A stretch of 59,217 nucleotides of DNA from an uncultured Coxiellaceae bacterium (GTDB taxonomy: Bacteria > Myxococcota_A > Polyangia > Polyangiales > Houyiibacteriaceae), in contig CAXMND010000193.1 in assembly GCA_964194675.1 (NCBI GenBank), forward strand, positions 1-59,217, written 5' to 3'. Position numbers and translations under genes: made by a program. The notes under the pieces are model-generated. The model saw only the letters and a program-made list of their open reading frames with translations. It was not told the DNA's origin and did not search any database. Shown here in pieces: positions 28,732 through 37,432 of this stretch (position 1 is the stretch's first letter; the number at the start of each line of letters is the position of its first letter).

Positions 28732-28804
28732 TGCCCAGACCTGGAATCGAACCAGGGACACGAGGATTTTCAGTCCACTGCTCTACCAACTGAGCTATCT
28801 GGGC
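28732..28804 (-). tRNA. tRNA-Phe (GAA)
   Basis: GCCCAGA acceptor stem pairs with TCTGGGC; D-arm AGCTCAGTTGGTAGAGC; anticodon loop CTGAAAA; T-loop GGTTCGATTCC. Followed by CCG, so CCA is not encoded. Confidence 0.97.
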
Positions 28805-28821
28805 CCGAAAAGCAGGCGCGG

Positions 28822-28849
28822 AGCCTAGCCGCCGACCGTGGCCTGTCAA
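28822..28849 (-). promoter_or_regulatory. Sigma70-type promoter of tRNA-Phe
   Basis: TTGACA-N16-TAGGCT followed by GC-rich discriminator CCGCGCC. Confidence 0.7.
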
Positions 28850-28917
28850 GCGCGAGAGAAAACTTGCGTTCCGGTAGTCCTTCAGGATTACAATAGTAGG
28901 TGGATGGTGTAGGCAGG

Positions 28918-30279
28918 ATGGCGAGCCCTGTGGATGATCGTGGTGTCGAGACATTCCTTCGATTGCTGACCGAAGGTGCAAGCGGCCCCCGTGCGAAGTT
29001 CGAAGCCCTCGAAGGCCTGGTGACACGCAAGGTGTGGCTAGCGACCTGGGAACCACGAGCCGAAGGCTTCCGGACGTTGATCAACAGCGACGGCGAAGAA
29101 GCGCTCGCCGTGTTCAGCTCCGAGAAGGAATTGATCAATGCGGCGGGCCGATTCAGCTGGCTCGAGTCGGACGGCAACGTCGCCGTGCACGAAAGCATGG
29201 GCGCGGACATTCTGAGGCACGCGTGGACTCGCGAATACGCATTCGTGGTCGTGGACATCGCCGCTGATCATTCGCTCGAATACGACCGGGAAGAGATTAG
29301 GATGGCGCTTCGGGAGTTGGATACTACGGGGCCTTTCCGAACTTCGCGTCCGCCTGCACCATCGGCGTCCGAGGTGCCCGAACCGAAAAGCTCTTTTCCG
29401 CCGCCGGTCGAGAAAATTTCGACGATGTACAGCATGGCACCCTCACGCGTCGAGAAGCTCGATCGCTTGAGCGACCTCCCGACCGAGCCACACGAGATTC
29501 CGCCAGAGAGCGACCTCCCGACTAGGCCCCATGCCAAGCCGGCTGGGGAGTCGCGGGACCCCACGACCGGCAACCGACCGAGCTCTCGCCCGGCCGCGAA
29601 ACCGGACAGCAACCCGCCGCCGAAGATCGAAGAGGTCGTGTCCGAATCCGCAAAGGTCGAGGTCGCGGGAACGTATGGTGCCGCCACCATTGTTCCGCCG
29701 ACGGCGGGATCGTCGAAGCCCGGATCTGAAGCCGCACCCAGGCTCAACTCCGATGCGCCGACAGCCCCAGCAGCACGGGCGTCTGACTTGGGGCCACGGG
29801 GTAAGTTCGCGCTTCCCCCGGTCGGGCCGATCGGGAAGCCTCGGGTCGACCCGCCGCCGCTGGTAGAGCCGCCGTCTTCGGTTGACGAGGCGTCGTCGGA
29901 CACCGGCGCCAACCGTCCGTCGCGTCTCGCGCCACCTTCGATCGGAGACGCGATCGAGATGGTGAAGTTGCTGTACGCGCCCCACGAGGAGTTGTTGGAA
30001 GCCCTAGATAAAGTGCTTCGACGGTACCCCGAGATCGAATGGGCGTCTTATTGTCAGGTCGCGCGCCCTGCCGGCGACCCGAGCCCGGCCGTCGGTCTCC
30101 GCATCACCGACACCTATCGTGACAACGTGACGGCCATCATCAAAGAGCTTTGCGACGCGGGCCGAATCCACGACGTAGAAATCGACGTCCTGCTCATCGA
30201 TGGCCACGACCTCCTCCGCAAGGCCCGCGAGCACGCTTTCGTGTTCTTCCCCTGGAAGCCCAAGCCCTTTGGCGGTTGA
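28918..30279 (+). CDS. SseB-like protein with long Pro-rich linker
   Basis: N-domain DGEEALAVFSSEKEL (SseB-like); about 190 aa Pro/Ser-rich low-complexity linker; globular C-domain ending FFPWK. Confidence 0.6.
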   Translation: MASPVDDRGVETFLRLLTEGASGPRAKFEALEGLVTRKVWLATWEPRAEGFRTLINSDGEEALAVFSSEKELINAAGRFSWLESDGNVAVHESMGADILRHAWTREYAFVVVDIAADHSLEYDREEIRMALRELDTTGPFRTSRPPAPSASEVPEPKSSFPPPVEKISTMYSMAPSRVEKLDRLSDLPTEPHEIPPESDLPTRPHAKPAGESRDPTTGNRPSSRPAAKPDSNPPPKIEEVVSESAKVEVAGTYGAATIVPPTAGSSKPGSEAAPRLNSDAPTAPAARASDLGPRGKFALPPVGPIGKPRVDPPPLVEPPSSVDEASSDTGANRPSRLAPPSIGDAIEMVKLLYAPHEELLEALDKVLRRYPEIEWASYCQVARPAGDPSPAVGLRITDTYRDNVTAIIKELCDAGRIHDVEIDVLLIDGHDLLRKAREHAFVFFPWKPKPFGG

Positions 30280-30305
30280 CTGCGGCACCGGCAGGGCGCT
30301 AGCCA

Positions 30306-31628
30306 GTGCTGGTGACCCTTGGTGATGCACCGCCTGCCATCCGAAGCCCCATTCCAGCGGGCGCTGGCCAAGCATGGGTGGAGCGCTTGGCGGCGAGCGA
30401 ATGCCCTGCGCTGACGACGCGACGCAAGCGGCGCGCTGAGCGCACGGGGGCGAATCACGATCCGATCGTGTGGGTAGAGGCCCAAGGAACCAACGTGGTC
30501 GACGCCGATGGCAACCGGTATGTTGACCTCACCTCAGGCTTTGGAGTCGCGTTGATCGGGCACGGACACCCCGCGGTCGTCGGGGCCGTCAAGGGACAGG
30601 CCGACGCGCTCCTGCACGCGCTCGGTGACCTCTACCCGTCCTCGGTGAAGATCGAGCTTCTCGAAAAGCTGTGCGCCCTGTCGCCATGGCCCGAAGCGCG
30701 CGCGATGCTGTCGCTTAGCGGTGCGGACGCAGTCACAGCAGCGTTGAAGACAGCCGTGATGGCGACTGGGCGACCCGGGGTCGTCGCTTTCGAGGGCAGC
30801 TACCATGGCCTGTCCTATGGGCCCTTGGCGGTATCCGGCTTTGCGGGGCGCTTCCGCGCACCGTTCAAACGACAATTGGGTTCGCACGTGCACTTCGCAC
30901 AGTGGCCAAGCACCGACGACGCGGTCGATCGAGCACTCAGTAGCCTGCCCACCGACTGGAGCGAGATCGGTGCCCTGATCGTCGAACCGATCCAAGGGAG
31001 GGCAGGAGTGCGCGTGCCGCCGCAAGGATTCCTGAACAAGCTCGGCAAGACGTGTGAGCAGCACGGCGTAGTGTTGATCGCCGATGAGATCTTCACTGGG
31101 CTCGGCCGATGTGGAGCGTGGTGGCGCTCGGTGCGTGACGAGGTGGTACCCGATGTCATTTGCGTCGGGAAAGCGCTCGGAGGTGGGCTGCCAGTCAGCG
31201 CGTGCATTGCCCGCGAGGAGGTGATGCGCGCTTGGGGCGACCCCGACCACGAGGCCATTCATACCGGCACGTTCTTCGGCGACCCGCTCGGCGCGGCGGC
31301 CGCCCTGGCGACTCTCGGGGTGATCGAGAAAGAAGGGCTCGTCGCGCTGTCCGAAGAGCGAGGCGCTGCGTTCGCGAAAACGCTCCACGGGGCATCCCTT
31401 CGAGGGGTCTCTGAGGTCCGGCATGCGGGCACGATGCTCGGTGTTCAATTGGAAGCAGAGCTTCGGGCCTTGTCGGTGTCCCGCGCGCTTCTCGAAAAGG
31501 GATATCTGATCCTTCCGGCGGGGGAGCGCGCCGACGTCATTCAGCTCGTGCCCCCGGTCTCGCTGAGCCAAGCGCGATTCGACGGGTTCGTGGATGCCCT
31601 CGACGAAGTCCTGGAGACGGTCCCGTGA
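30306..31628 (+). CDS. Class III PLP-dependent aminotransferase
   Basis: DADGNRYVDLTSGFGV, GSYHG, EPIQGRAG, LIADEIFTGLGRCG, GKALGGG and HTGTFFGDP motifs. Confidence 0.92.
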   Translation: MLVTLGDAPPAIRSPIPAGAGQAWVERLAASECPALTTRRKRRAERTGANHDPIVWVEAQGTNVVDADGNRYVDLTSGFGVALIGHGHPAVVGAVKGQADALLHALGDLYPSSVKIELLEKLCALSPWPEARAMLSLSGADAVTAALKTAVMATGRPGVVAFEGSYHGLSYGPLAVSGFAGRFRAPFKRQLGSHVHFAQWPSTDDAVDRALSSLPTDWSEIGALIVEPIQGRAGVRVPPQGFLNKLGKTCEQHGVVLIADEIFTGLGRCGAWWRSVRDEVVPDVICVGKALGGGLPVSACIAREEVMRAWGDPDHEAIHTGTFFGDPLGAAAALATLGVIEKEGLVALSEERGAAFAKTLHGASLRGVSEVRHAGTMLGVQLEAELRALSVSRALLEKGYLILPAGERADVIQLVPPVSLSQARFDGFVDALDEVLETVP

Positions 31629-32680
31629 GCGTTCGGGCCAAGCTCGAGCGGCGAGTCGAGGGGCTCATCGCCGACCCCGACGCGCGCAAGGACGAAGTAC
31701 GGGATCAACTGATCGCAGATGTCGCCAAGTGGCAGGCCGCGCGCGTTCCCGAGTACGGTCGCTTGCATCGACAGAGCGCCTGGCCCCCTGCCCTGCCGAC
31801 AGACGTGTTTCGCGTTCGGCGAATCGCCTCGCATCCCCCCGAAGAGGACATCCGCGTCTTTAATAGCTCCGGTACGACGTCGTCGAACCGCAGCACCCAC
31901 GTTTTCAAGGACCTCAGGCTCTACGACGCGGCAGCGAGGGCAGCCGCGAAGCACATGCTGTTCCCCGATGTCGATCGGATGTGCCTGGTGTTGTTGGCGC
32001 CTCACGAAGATGAGGCCCCACACTCGTCACTCAGCTACATGCTGACGCGGTTCACGGAATGGTTTAGCGCCGAGCACACCTGGGTCTGGCACGATGATTC
32101 GCTCGACATCGATCGCTTCCAAACCGCGCTCGGCGAGGCGGTCGCCGACGGACAAGCGGTCGCTTTGCTCGGCACGTCGTTTGCTTTCGTGCATGCGGAA
32201 GATCAGCTTGCCGACCTGCGCGTCGCACTCCCCCGGGGGAGCCGCATCATGCACACCGGCGGCTACAAGGGCCGTTCGCGTGAGGTCGAGCCAACCGTGC
32301 TTCGCCGTACGATGGGTGTGCGCTACGGTATCCCAGAACCTTGGATTATCGCCGAATACGGTATGACCGAGCTCAGCTCCCAGCTGTACGAGACTACGCT
32401 GCGCGACGTTCTAGAGAGCATCTCATCACCGAGACGGCTCTGGGTCCCTCCGTGGGTGCGCGCAATACCGGTCGACCCAGACACGTTGGAGCCCGTCCAA
32501 AACAACGCGCGCGGCGTGCTTCGCATCGACGACTGCGCGAACTTGGATTCGGTGTGCTGCATCCAAACGGCCGACCTCGCGATGAGGATCGAGGATGGAA
32601 TCGTAGTCGAGGGCCGTGCACCCGGAGCCGTCTCACGAGGCTGCTCACTGGCAGCAGACCAGGCTCTGGGGTTGAGCTGA
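31625..32680 (+). CDS. LuxE-like acyl-protein synthetase
   Basis: FNSSGTT, HTGGYKGR, EYGMTELSSQ, DCANLDS, IQTADL and C-terminal GRA...RGCSL (acyl-accepting Cys). GTGA overlap with the upstream gene. Confidence 0.85.
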   Translation: MSVRAKLERRVEGLIADPDARKDEVRDQLIADVAKWQAARVPEYGRLHRQSAWPPALPTDVFRVRRIASHPPEEDIRVFNSSGTTSSNRSTHVFKDLRLYDAAARAAAKHMLFPDVDRMCLVLLAPHEDEAPHSSLSYMLTRFTEWFSAEHTWVWHDDSLDIDRFQTALGEAVADGQAVALLGTSFAFVHAEDQLADLRVALPRGSRIMHTGGYKGRSREVEPTVLRRTMGVRYGIPEPWIIAEYGMTELSSQLYETTLRDVLESISSPRRLWVPPWVRAIPVDPDTLEPVQNNARGVLRIDDCANLDSVCCIQTADLAMRIEDGIVVEGRAPGAVSRGCSLAADQALGLS

Positions 32681-32681
32681 C

Positions 32682-33908
32682 ATGGCGGACGAGCCCTCGG
32701 TCATCCGGAAGCGGGCCAAAGCCGTTCTCGAAGCCGGGGGGATGCTCCGGAGTCGCTCGATCGAGGAGCGTGCGCAGTGGCTCGCTGCGTCCGCGAAGGC
32801 CCTGGGTGACGACACGCCCTTAGGACGCGAAGCCTGCGAGACGCTTCCAAAAGAGACCGGGTTGAGCGACGCGATGGTGGCCTGGGCCCTTCGGACGACC
32901 CTCGACACCGTGCATCGGGACGCGCTTCTCGGGGTCGCCGAGGAGGCGTTCGCGATCGTCGGTAGAAGGCCCGACCCGATTTCGTTCTTGTCCGTCGTCC
33001 TGGCGGGCAACGTGTTCACGGCTTCGGTCCGTGGAATCGTCGTGCCGCTCCTCTTCGGTGTTCCGATCCTGGTCAAAGCCTCCTCGAACGAAACGCGGTT
33101 TCCGTCCCTCATGCGGAAGGCGCTCCGGCGCTCGGATGCCGAGCTCGGCCTGGCGATGGACATGGTGGTGTTCCCTGGCGGTGATATCGATCGCGAGACC
33201 GCATTGCTCGAGCTTGCCGAAGCGGTGGGTGTTTATGGAACCGACGAAACGGTGCGCGCGATCGAACAGCGAATCGACAAACGCATTCCGGTCATCGCGC
33301 ATGGGCACGGAGTCAGCGTCGTTTACTGCAGCGCCCGATCACTTGCCACCGAATCGATCGACGACACCACCGCACGCATGGCTCTCGACCTCGCCGCATA
33401 CGACCAGCGTGGCTGTTTGTCCCCCCAGGTGATCTACGTGAAGGAGACCCTCCGGACACCTGCGGAGAGCCTCGTTGCTCGACTTTCGGAAGCGCTCGAG
33501 GCCGTCGCTGAGACCTTACCGCGGGGTCCGCTTCCCGAGGCCGTTGGCGTAGCGCAAACACAATGGCGTGGCCTCGCGGAGGTCGAAGGAACGCTCGTTC
33601 GCGGTCGTGCGCATGCGCTTGCAATCAATCGCAGCAGCGCGATTCGCTGGAGCCCGGGTTATCGAAACGTCACGGTCGTGCCAGTTCGGAGCCTCGACGA
33701 CGCTTTTGATTCGATGACCGCCTTCGTCGCGCATATCAAGTGCGTGGGAACGGACGCGTGGACACTGCGTGAGCTTGATACGCGATTCGCTGAAAGCGCG
33801 TCATGGAAAGCTTACGTTACCGAGATAGGCACGATGCAAACGCCCGCACTCGGAGCCCCCGCAGACGGCCGCCCCATCTGGGAAGGCCTCTTCCGAACCA
33901 ATGTTTGA
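32682..33908 (+). CDS. LuxC-like acyl-CoA/acyl-protein reductase
   Basis: VLAGNV, LVKASS, VYGTDET, AHGHGVS and catalytic YDQRGCLSPQ. Confidence 0.85.
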   Translation: MADEPSVIRKRAKAVLEAGGMLRSRSIEERAQWLAASAKALGDDTPLGREACETLPKETGLSDAMVAWALRTTLDTVHRDALLGVAEEAFAIVGRRPDPISFLSVVLAGNVFTASVRGIVVPLLFGVPILVKASSNETRFPSLMRKALRRSDAELGLAMDMVVFPGGDIDRETALLELAEAVGVYGTDETVRAIEQRIDKRIPVIAHGHGVSVVYCSARSLATESIDDTTARMALDLAAYDQRGCLSPQVIYVKETLRTPAESLVARLSEALEAVAETLPRGPLPEAVGVAQTQWRGLAEVEGTLVRGRAHALAINRSSAIRWSPGYRNVTVVPVRSLDDAFDSMTAFVAHIKCVGTDAWTLRELDTRFAESASWKAYVTEIGTMQTPALGAPADGRPIWEGLFRTNV

Positions 33909-33916
33909 TTTACAAA

Positions 33917-34044
33917 CTAGCGTGCGAGAGATTTTCGTTTGTGGTCGAGCGCGCCCGCAGAGAGCGACTGAGAGGTACGTCTGTACCTCGCAGGGAGCGA
34001 ACGAGGACGTAAGCCGACCACAAGCGAAAAGATCCGCACGCTAG
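33917..34044. mobile_element. 128-bp imperfect palindromic MITE/REP-like element
   Basis: Terminal IR CTAGCGTGCG/CGCACGCTAG; inner IR TTTTCGTTTGTGGTCG/CGACCACAAGCGAAAA; central hairpin GAGGTAC-gtct-GTACCTC. Confidence 0.7.
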
Positions 34045-34778
34045 ACGCCGATGAAGAGGCGCTGACCAAAGTTCCGCTCGAGTCGTGCTTCGAAAATCCT
34101 CGAAGCTGCGCCCTCGATGTCGTACTCGATGCGCTTGAAGAGGAACGTCTTGGTGTCGCTATCGTAGACCGTGTAGCTCGCACGATTGTCGTAGTCACGA
34201 GGCTGACCGACCGAGCCAACACTGACGATGTACTTCGTACCCTCTTCCAAAGTGAAATCCTCCGGCGGAAGCTCCTCCACCTCGCCGGGCCGAAGGGCGA
34301 ACACCTTGCACAAGTGCGAGTGGCCGATGAGGGTGATGTGGCCGAGATCGTTCCAAATTGGGAGGCACTCCGCCGCCTGGTCGGGCGCGAAGATGTACTC
34401 GAACTCCTCGAGACGTACCGGGGATCCGTGACACAGGTCGACGCCGACGCCTTCGAGACGATGCTTGTAGGGGAGCCCCTTGAGCCACTGCATGTTCTCG
34501 CTGGTAAGCTCCGAAGCGTGCCAGTCGAGCGCCTCGCGTGCCGCCTCATAGTAGTACGAGTAGTCCATCCGTCCCGCGACCGCAGCGTCATGATTTCCAA
34601 GAATCGTGACTTCGGCGACCTCCCTCACCAAGTCCGAGCACTCGTTGGGGCTGCCGCCGTACCCCACCACGTCGCCTAGGCAATGGTAGACGTCGATCTG
34701 CTCGCTGGCGTAGGCGTCCATAACGGCCGACATCGCCTCGATATTCGCATGTACGTCGCTAAATATACCGATCCGCAT
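34041..34778 (-). CDS. Metallophosphoesterase (calcineurin-like, YfcE/MJ0936 family)
   Basis: SDVHAN, LGDVVGYG, GNHD, CHGSP, GHSH and GSVGQPRD motifs. Confidence 0.92.
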   Translation of the reverse strand: MRIGIFSDVHANIEAMSAVMDAYASEQIDVYHCLGDVVGYGGSPNECSDLVREVAEVTILGNHDAAVAGRMDYSYYYEAAREALDWHASELTSENMQWLKGLPYKHRLEGVGVDLCHGSPVRLEEFEYIFAPDQAAECLPIWNDLGHITLIGHSHLCKVFALRPGEVEELPPEDFTLEEGTKYIVSVGSVGQPRDYDNRASYTVYDSDTKTFLFKRIEYDIEGAASRIFEARLERNFGQRLFIGV

Positions 34779-34877
34779 GATTGGGGGGTCAGCTACCTTG
34801 GAACCTGCATGTTACACGAAACCACTCGCCTGGTCGAAGTACCGTGCCGATTGGAACCACGTTATCCTGACGACGAG

Positions 34878-35393
34878 ATGGACACCCAACCTGCCATCAC
34901 GGACCTCACGGTGGCATGCGTGACCTCGGTAAAGAACGCGACGGACCTCGAACTCGATTTGACCCAGGACACCTTGCCGATCCTCGATCACTACGCCGAG
35001 CTGGTGGACTCGCCGCGCGACGAAGTGGTTTCGCTGCTGGCACCGATGTGCGGCGCCTATTTCGGTGAGGTCTTGCGACGGCATCTCGAAGACGGCGACT
35101 GGGATTGCACGTCAGAAGAGCACAAGGATTGGCGACTCAGGTTCGAGCGCTGCTCTCTCGAGCTCAACCCGATCGGCGTCGCCCTCGAGGTGCTCACCGG
35201 CCGGGAGGCCGGGGGGTGGGGCTCGCATCTACAAATGGCGCCGCCTGATCGCGCCAAGGTCGACCGCGCACTCTCGGTCTTCGGCGATGTGCGTGAGGAC
35301 GATTTCGATCGGTTCAGCGTGCGCTTTGAAGGGGTCGAACAGGCGTATCGGGCTTTGCTCAATAATCCCGGAGGGATGGCTGCGGACCCTTGA
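34878..35393 (+). CDS. Hypothetical protein
   Basis: Protein-like ORF with LDLTQDTLPILDHY...GAYFGEVLRRHL. Start uncertain. Confidence 0.65.
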   Translation: MDTQPAITDLTVACVTSVKNATDLELDLTQDTLPILDHYAELVDSPRDEVVSLLAPMCGAYFGEVLRRHLEDGDWDCTSEEHKDWRLRFERCSLELNPIGVALEVLTGREAGGWGSHLQMAPPDRAKVDRALSVFGDVREDDFDRFSVRFEGVEQAYRALLNNPGGMAADP

Positions 35394-35460
35394 CACCTTG
35401 CACCCGGCCTCCATATTTGCACAAACTCCTGGAAACACACATCTTTTCGGAATCTGAGAC

Positions 35461-35970
35461 GTGACGGATTCATCAATACCAACTATCGAGACCGGGTGCG
35501 CCGACCTGCTCACCACGGGCGATATGGCCCGCCTGAGCGACAGCACGCTTCGAACCGTGCGCTTCTACCAGCAGGAAGGGTTGATCGAGCCGGAACGACG
35601 AAGCAACTGCGGTCACCGCCTATTCTCAGATCGCGAGCTCATGAGGCTCCAGTTGGCCCTAGACCTCCGCGAAGCGGGGCTTTCGCTTCAGGGCATCAAA
35701 GACCTGTTCTGCCTTAAGTCGGGCTGCGAGTGTCCCGAGGAGGCGAGCGAGCGAATGTCCAACGTGTTGAAGCAGCAGATCGACGCCATGCAACAGAAGA
35801 TCGCCAAGCTCAGGAAGCTGCGCGAAGAGCTGACCGCGATGGTCTCGGTGCTGACGGAATGCCAGTCCTGCGAAGAAGAAAGCTTCCCATTGTCCTGCGA
35901 GAAATGCGATGTAGTCGACAATCCGAACCTGCCGCGAGCACTGCGTGTGCTCTGGCACGACTGCGGGTAG
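35461..35970 (+). CDS. MerR family regulator with Cys-rich C-terminus
   Basis: LTTGDMARLSDSTLRTVRFYQQEGLI HTH, coiled coil, and CEC, CQSC, CEKC motifs. Confidence 0.9.
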   Translation: MTDSSIPTIETGCADLLTTGDMARLSDSTLRTVRFYQQEGLIEPERRSNCGHRLFSDRELMRLQLALDLREAGLSLQGIKDLFCLKSGCECPEEASERMSNVLKQQIDAMQQKIAKLRKLREELTAMVSVLTECQSCEEESFPLSCEKCDVVDNPNLPRALRVLWHDCG

Positions 35971-35979
35971 AATCGCCAA

Positions 35980-36642
35980 ATGGATTGGCTCCCGAGTACT
36001 CCCCTCATCGCGGAAGAGCTCGCATGCCTGCCAGTCTTTCCACTTCCTAGGGTCGTATTCTTTCCCGGCACGGCGCTGCCTCTTCACCTTTTCGAGCCGC
36101 GCTACCGACGCTTGGCTGAGGACTGCATCGAGAACGGTCCGAAGGCGATGGCCATCACTCTTCTCGCCCCAGGCTGGGAGGAAGACTACGAAGGCAATCC
36201 GCCGATCCACGAGATCGCCGGGGCCGGACGAATCGTGGGCCATCAGCTTCGGGCGGACGGGACCCATGACATCATCTTGCACGGGCTTCATCGCGTGCGA
36301 CTCGATGAGCTTCCGAGCGACGATGTACCCTACAGGCTAGCGCGGGCGGTGCCGATCACCGACGCAGGCTCGGCGGCGTCTACTGATGTGATCGCGATGA
36401 TGGCCGTGGCGATGAGCGTCGCATCGCACGTCCGTGAGCGCCAACCGGATTTTTCGCTGCAGGTGTCGGCCGAGCTTCCAGCGGGGCGGGCGGCGGATGT
36501 CGTTGCAGATCAACTCGTCGTGAGCCCCGAGGATCGGCAACGGATCTTGCAAACCGTCGACGTGAAGGAGCGGGTCGGGCTCGTGACCGCGGCAGTGGCG
36601 TCGCTTCTGGCACAACTATCCGAAGCAAGCGCCCCCTCCTGA
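35980..36642 (+). CDS. Lon peptidase substrate-binding (N-terminal) domain protein
   Basis: LPVFPLPRVVFFPGTALPLHLFEPRYR motif. Confidence 0.9.
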   Translation: MDWLPSTPLIAEELACLPVFPLPRVVFFPGTALPLHLFEPRYRRLAEDCIENGPKAMAITLLAPGWEEDYEGNPPIHEIAGAGRIVGHQLRADGTHDIILHGLHRVRLDELPSDDVPYRLARAVPITDAGSAASTDVIAMMAVAMSVASHVRERQPDFSLQVSAELPAGRAADVVADQLVVSPEDRQRILQTVDVKERVGLVTAAVASLLAQLSEASAPS

Positions 36643-36652
36643 CGCTTGACCC

Positions 36653-36768
36653 TCGTGGTCGTGATCGTGGTCGTTGCCGTGGTCGTGATCGTGGGTCGTG
36701 CTCGTGCTCGGTTCCCTGGTCGCATGAATTCGAGCACGAGCACGAAAACGAAGACGAAAACGAGGAGC
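36653..36768. repeat. Hexamer repeats (TCGTGN)n with inverted (NNACGA)n arm, forming a hairpin between convergent genes
   Basis: TCGTGCTCGTGCTCG (36696-36710) and CGAGCACGAGCACGA (36731-36745) form a perfect 15-bp IR, flanked by degenerate units. Confidence 0.85.
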
Positions 36769-36783
36769 AAACTAGAGACAGTT

Positions 36784-37404
36784 CTAGTCGTCGTTGTTGC
36801 CTAGGTGGCCTAAGCGGGCTTGCTTGGTTTTGAGGTAGTCGCGATTGTGCTCGTGAGCCTCGACTTCGTGCGGCTCGCGTCGCGTGACCTTGATTCCATC
36901 GGCCTCCAAACCCGCAACCTTACGAGGGTTGTTCGTCATGAGCGCAACCGATTCCACGCCTAGGTCGCGAAGCATGTCCGCGGCCACGTGATAGCCGCGC
37001 TGGTCGTCTTCGAATCCGAGAGCCAGGTTTGCATCTACCGTATCGAGCCCTTGGTCCTGGATCGCATAGGCGCGGATCTTGTTGCCGAGGCCGATGCCGC
37101 GACCCTCCTGACGGAGGTAGAGCACGGCACCGGTGCCAACCTGCTGAACACGCTCGAGCGCCAGGTCGAGCTGGTCTCGACAGTCGCACTTCAACGAATG
37201 CAACACCTCGCCTGTGAGACACTCGCTGTGCACCCGAACGAGAACGTCCTGAGCGCCTTCGACCTCGCCAACGATCACCGCGACATGTTCCTTGTCGTCG
37301 TCGAGCTCCTTGTATACGACGACTCGAAACGGCCCAAAGCGCGTCGGGAGCTTCGCCTCCGAATAGCGTTCGACGGTCGGCTGGTGATCACTGCGGTTGC
37401 CCAT
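36784..37404 (-). CDS. ribA: GTP cyclohydrolase II
   Basis: VRVHSECLTGEVLHSLKCDCRDQL, YLRQEGRGIGLGNK and MTNNPRK motifs. Confidence 0.96.
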   Translation of the reverse strand: MGNRSDHQPTVERYSEAKLPTRFGPFRVVVYKELDDDKEHVAVIVGEVEGAQDVLVRVHSECLTGEVLHSLKCDCRDQLDLALERVQQVGTGAVLYLRQEGRGIGLGNKIRAYAIQDQGLDTVDANLALGFEDDQRGYHVAADMLRDLGVESVALMTNNPRKVAGLEADGIKVTRREPHEVEAHEHNRDYLKTKQARLGHLGNNDD

Positions 37405-37432
37405 TTGCCCAGTGCGCGGTACCACAACCGGC

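Noticed and set aside
28340-28828. 162-aa ORF running through the tRNA
   Set aside because: The last third is frameshift read-through into antisense tRNA-Phe.
29469-29535. Short duplication SDLPTEPH/SDLPTRPH in the SseB-like linker
   Set aside because: Ordinary low-complexity linker duplication.
31625-37404. Bioluminescence operon (luxCE with nearby ribA)
   Set aside because: No luxA, luxB or luxD. ribA is about 3 kb away on the opposite strand with unrelated genes between.
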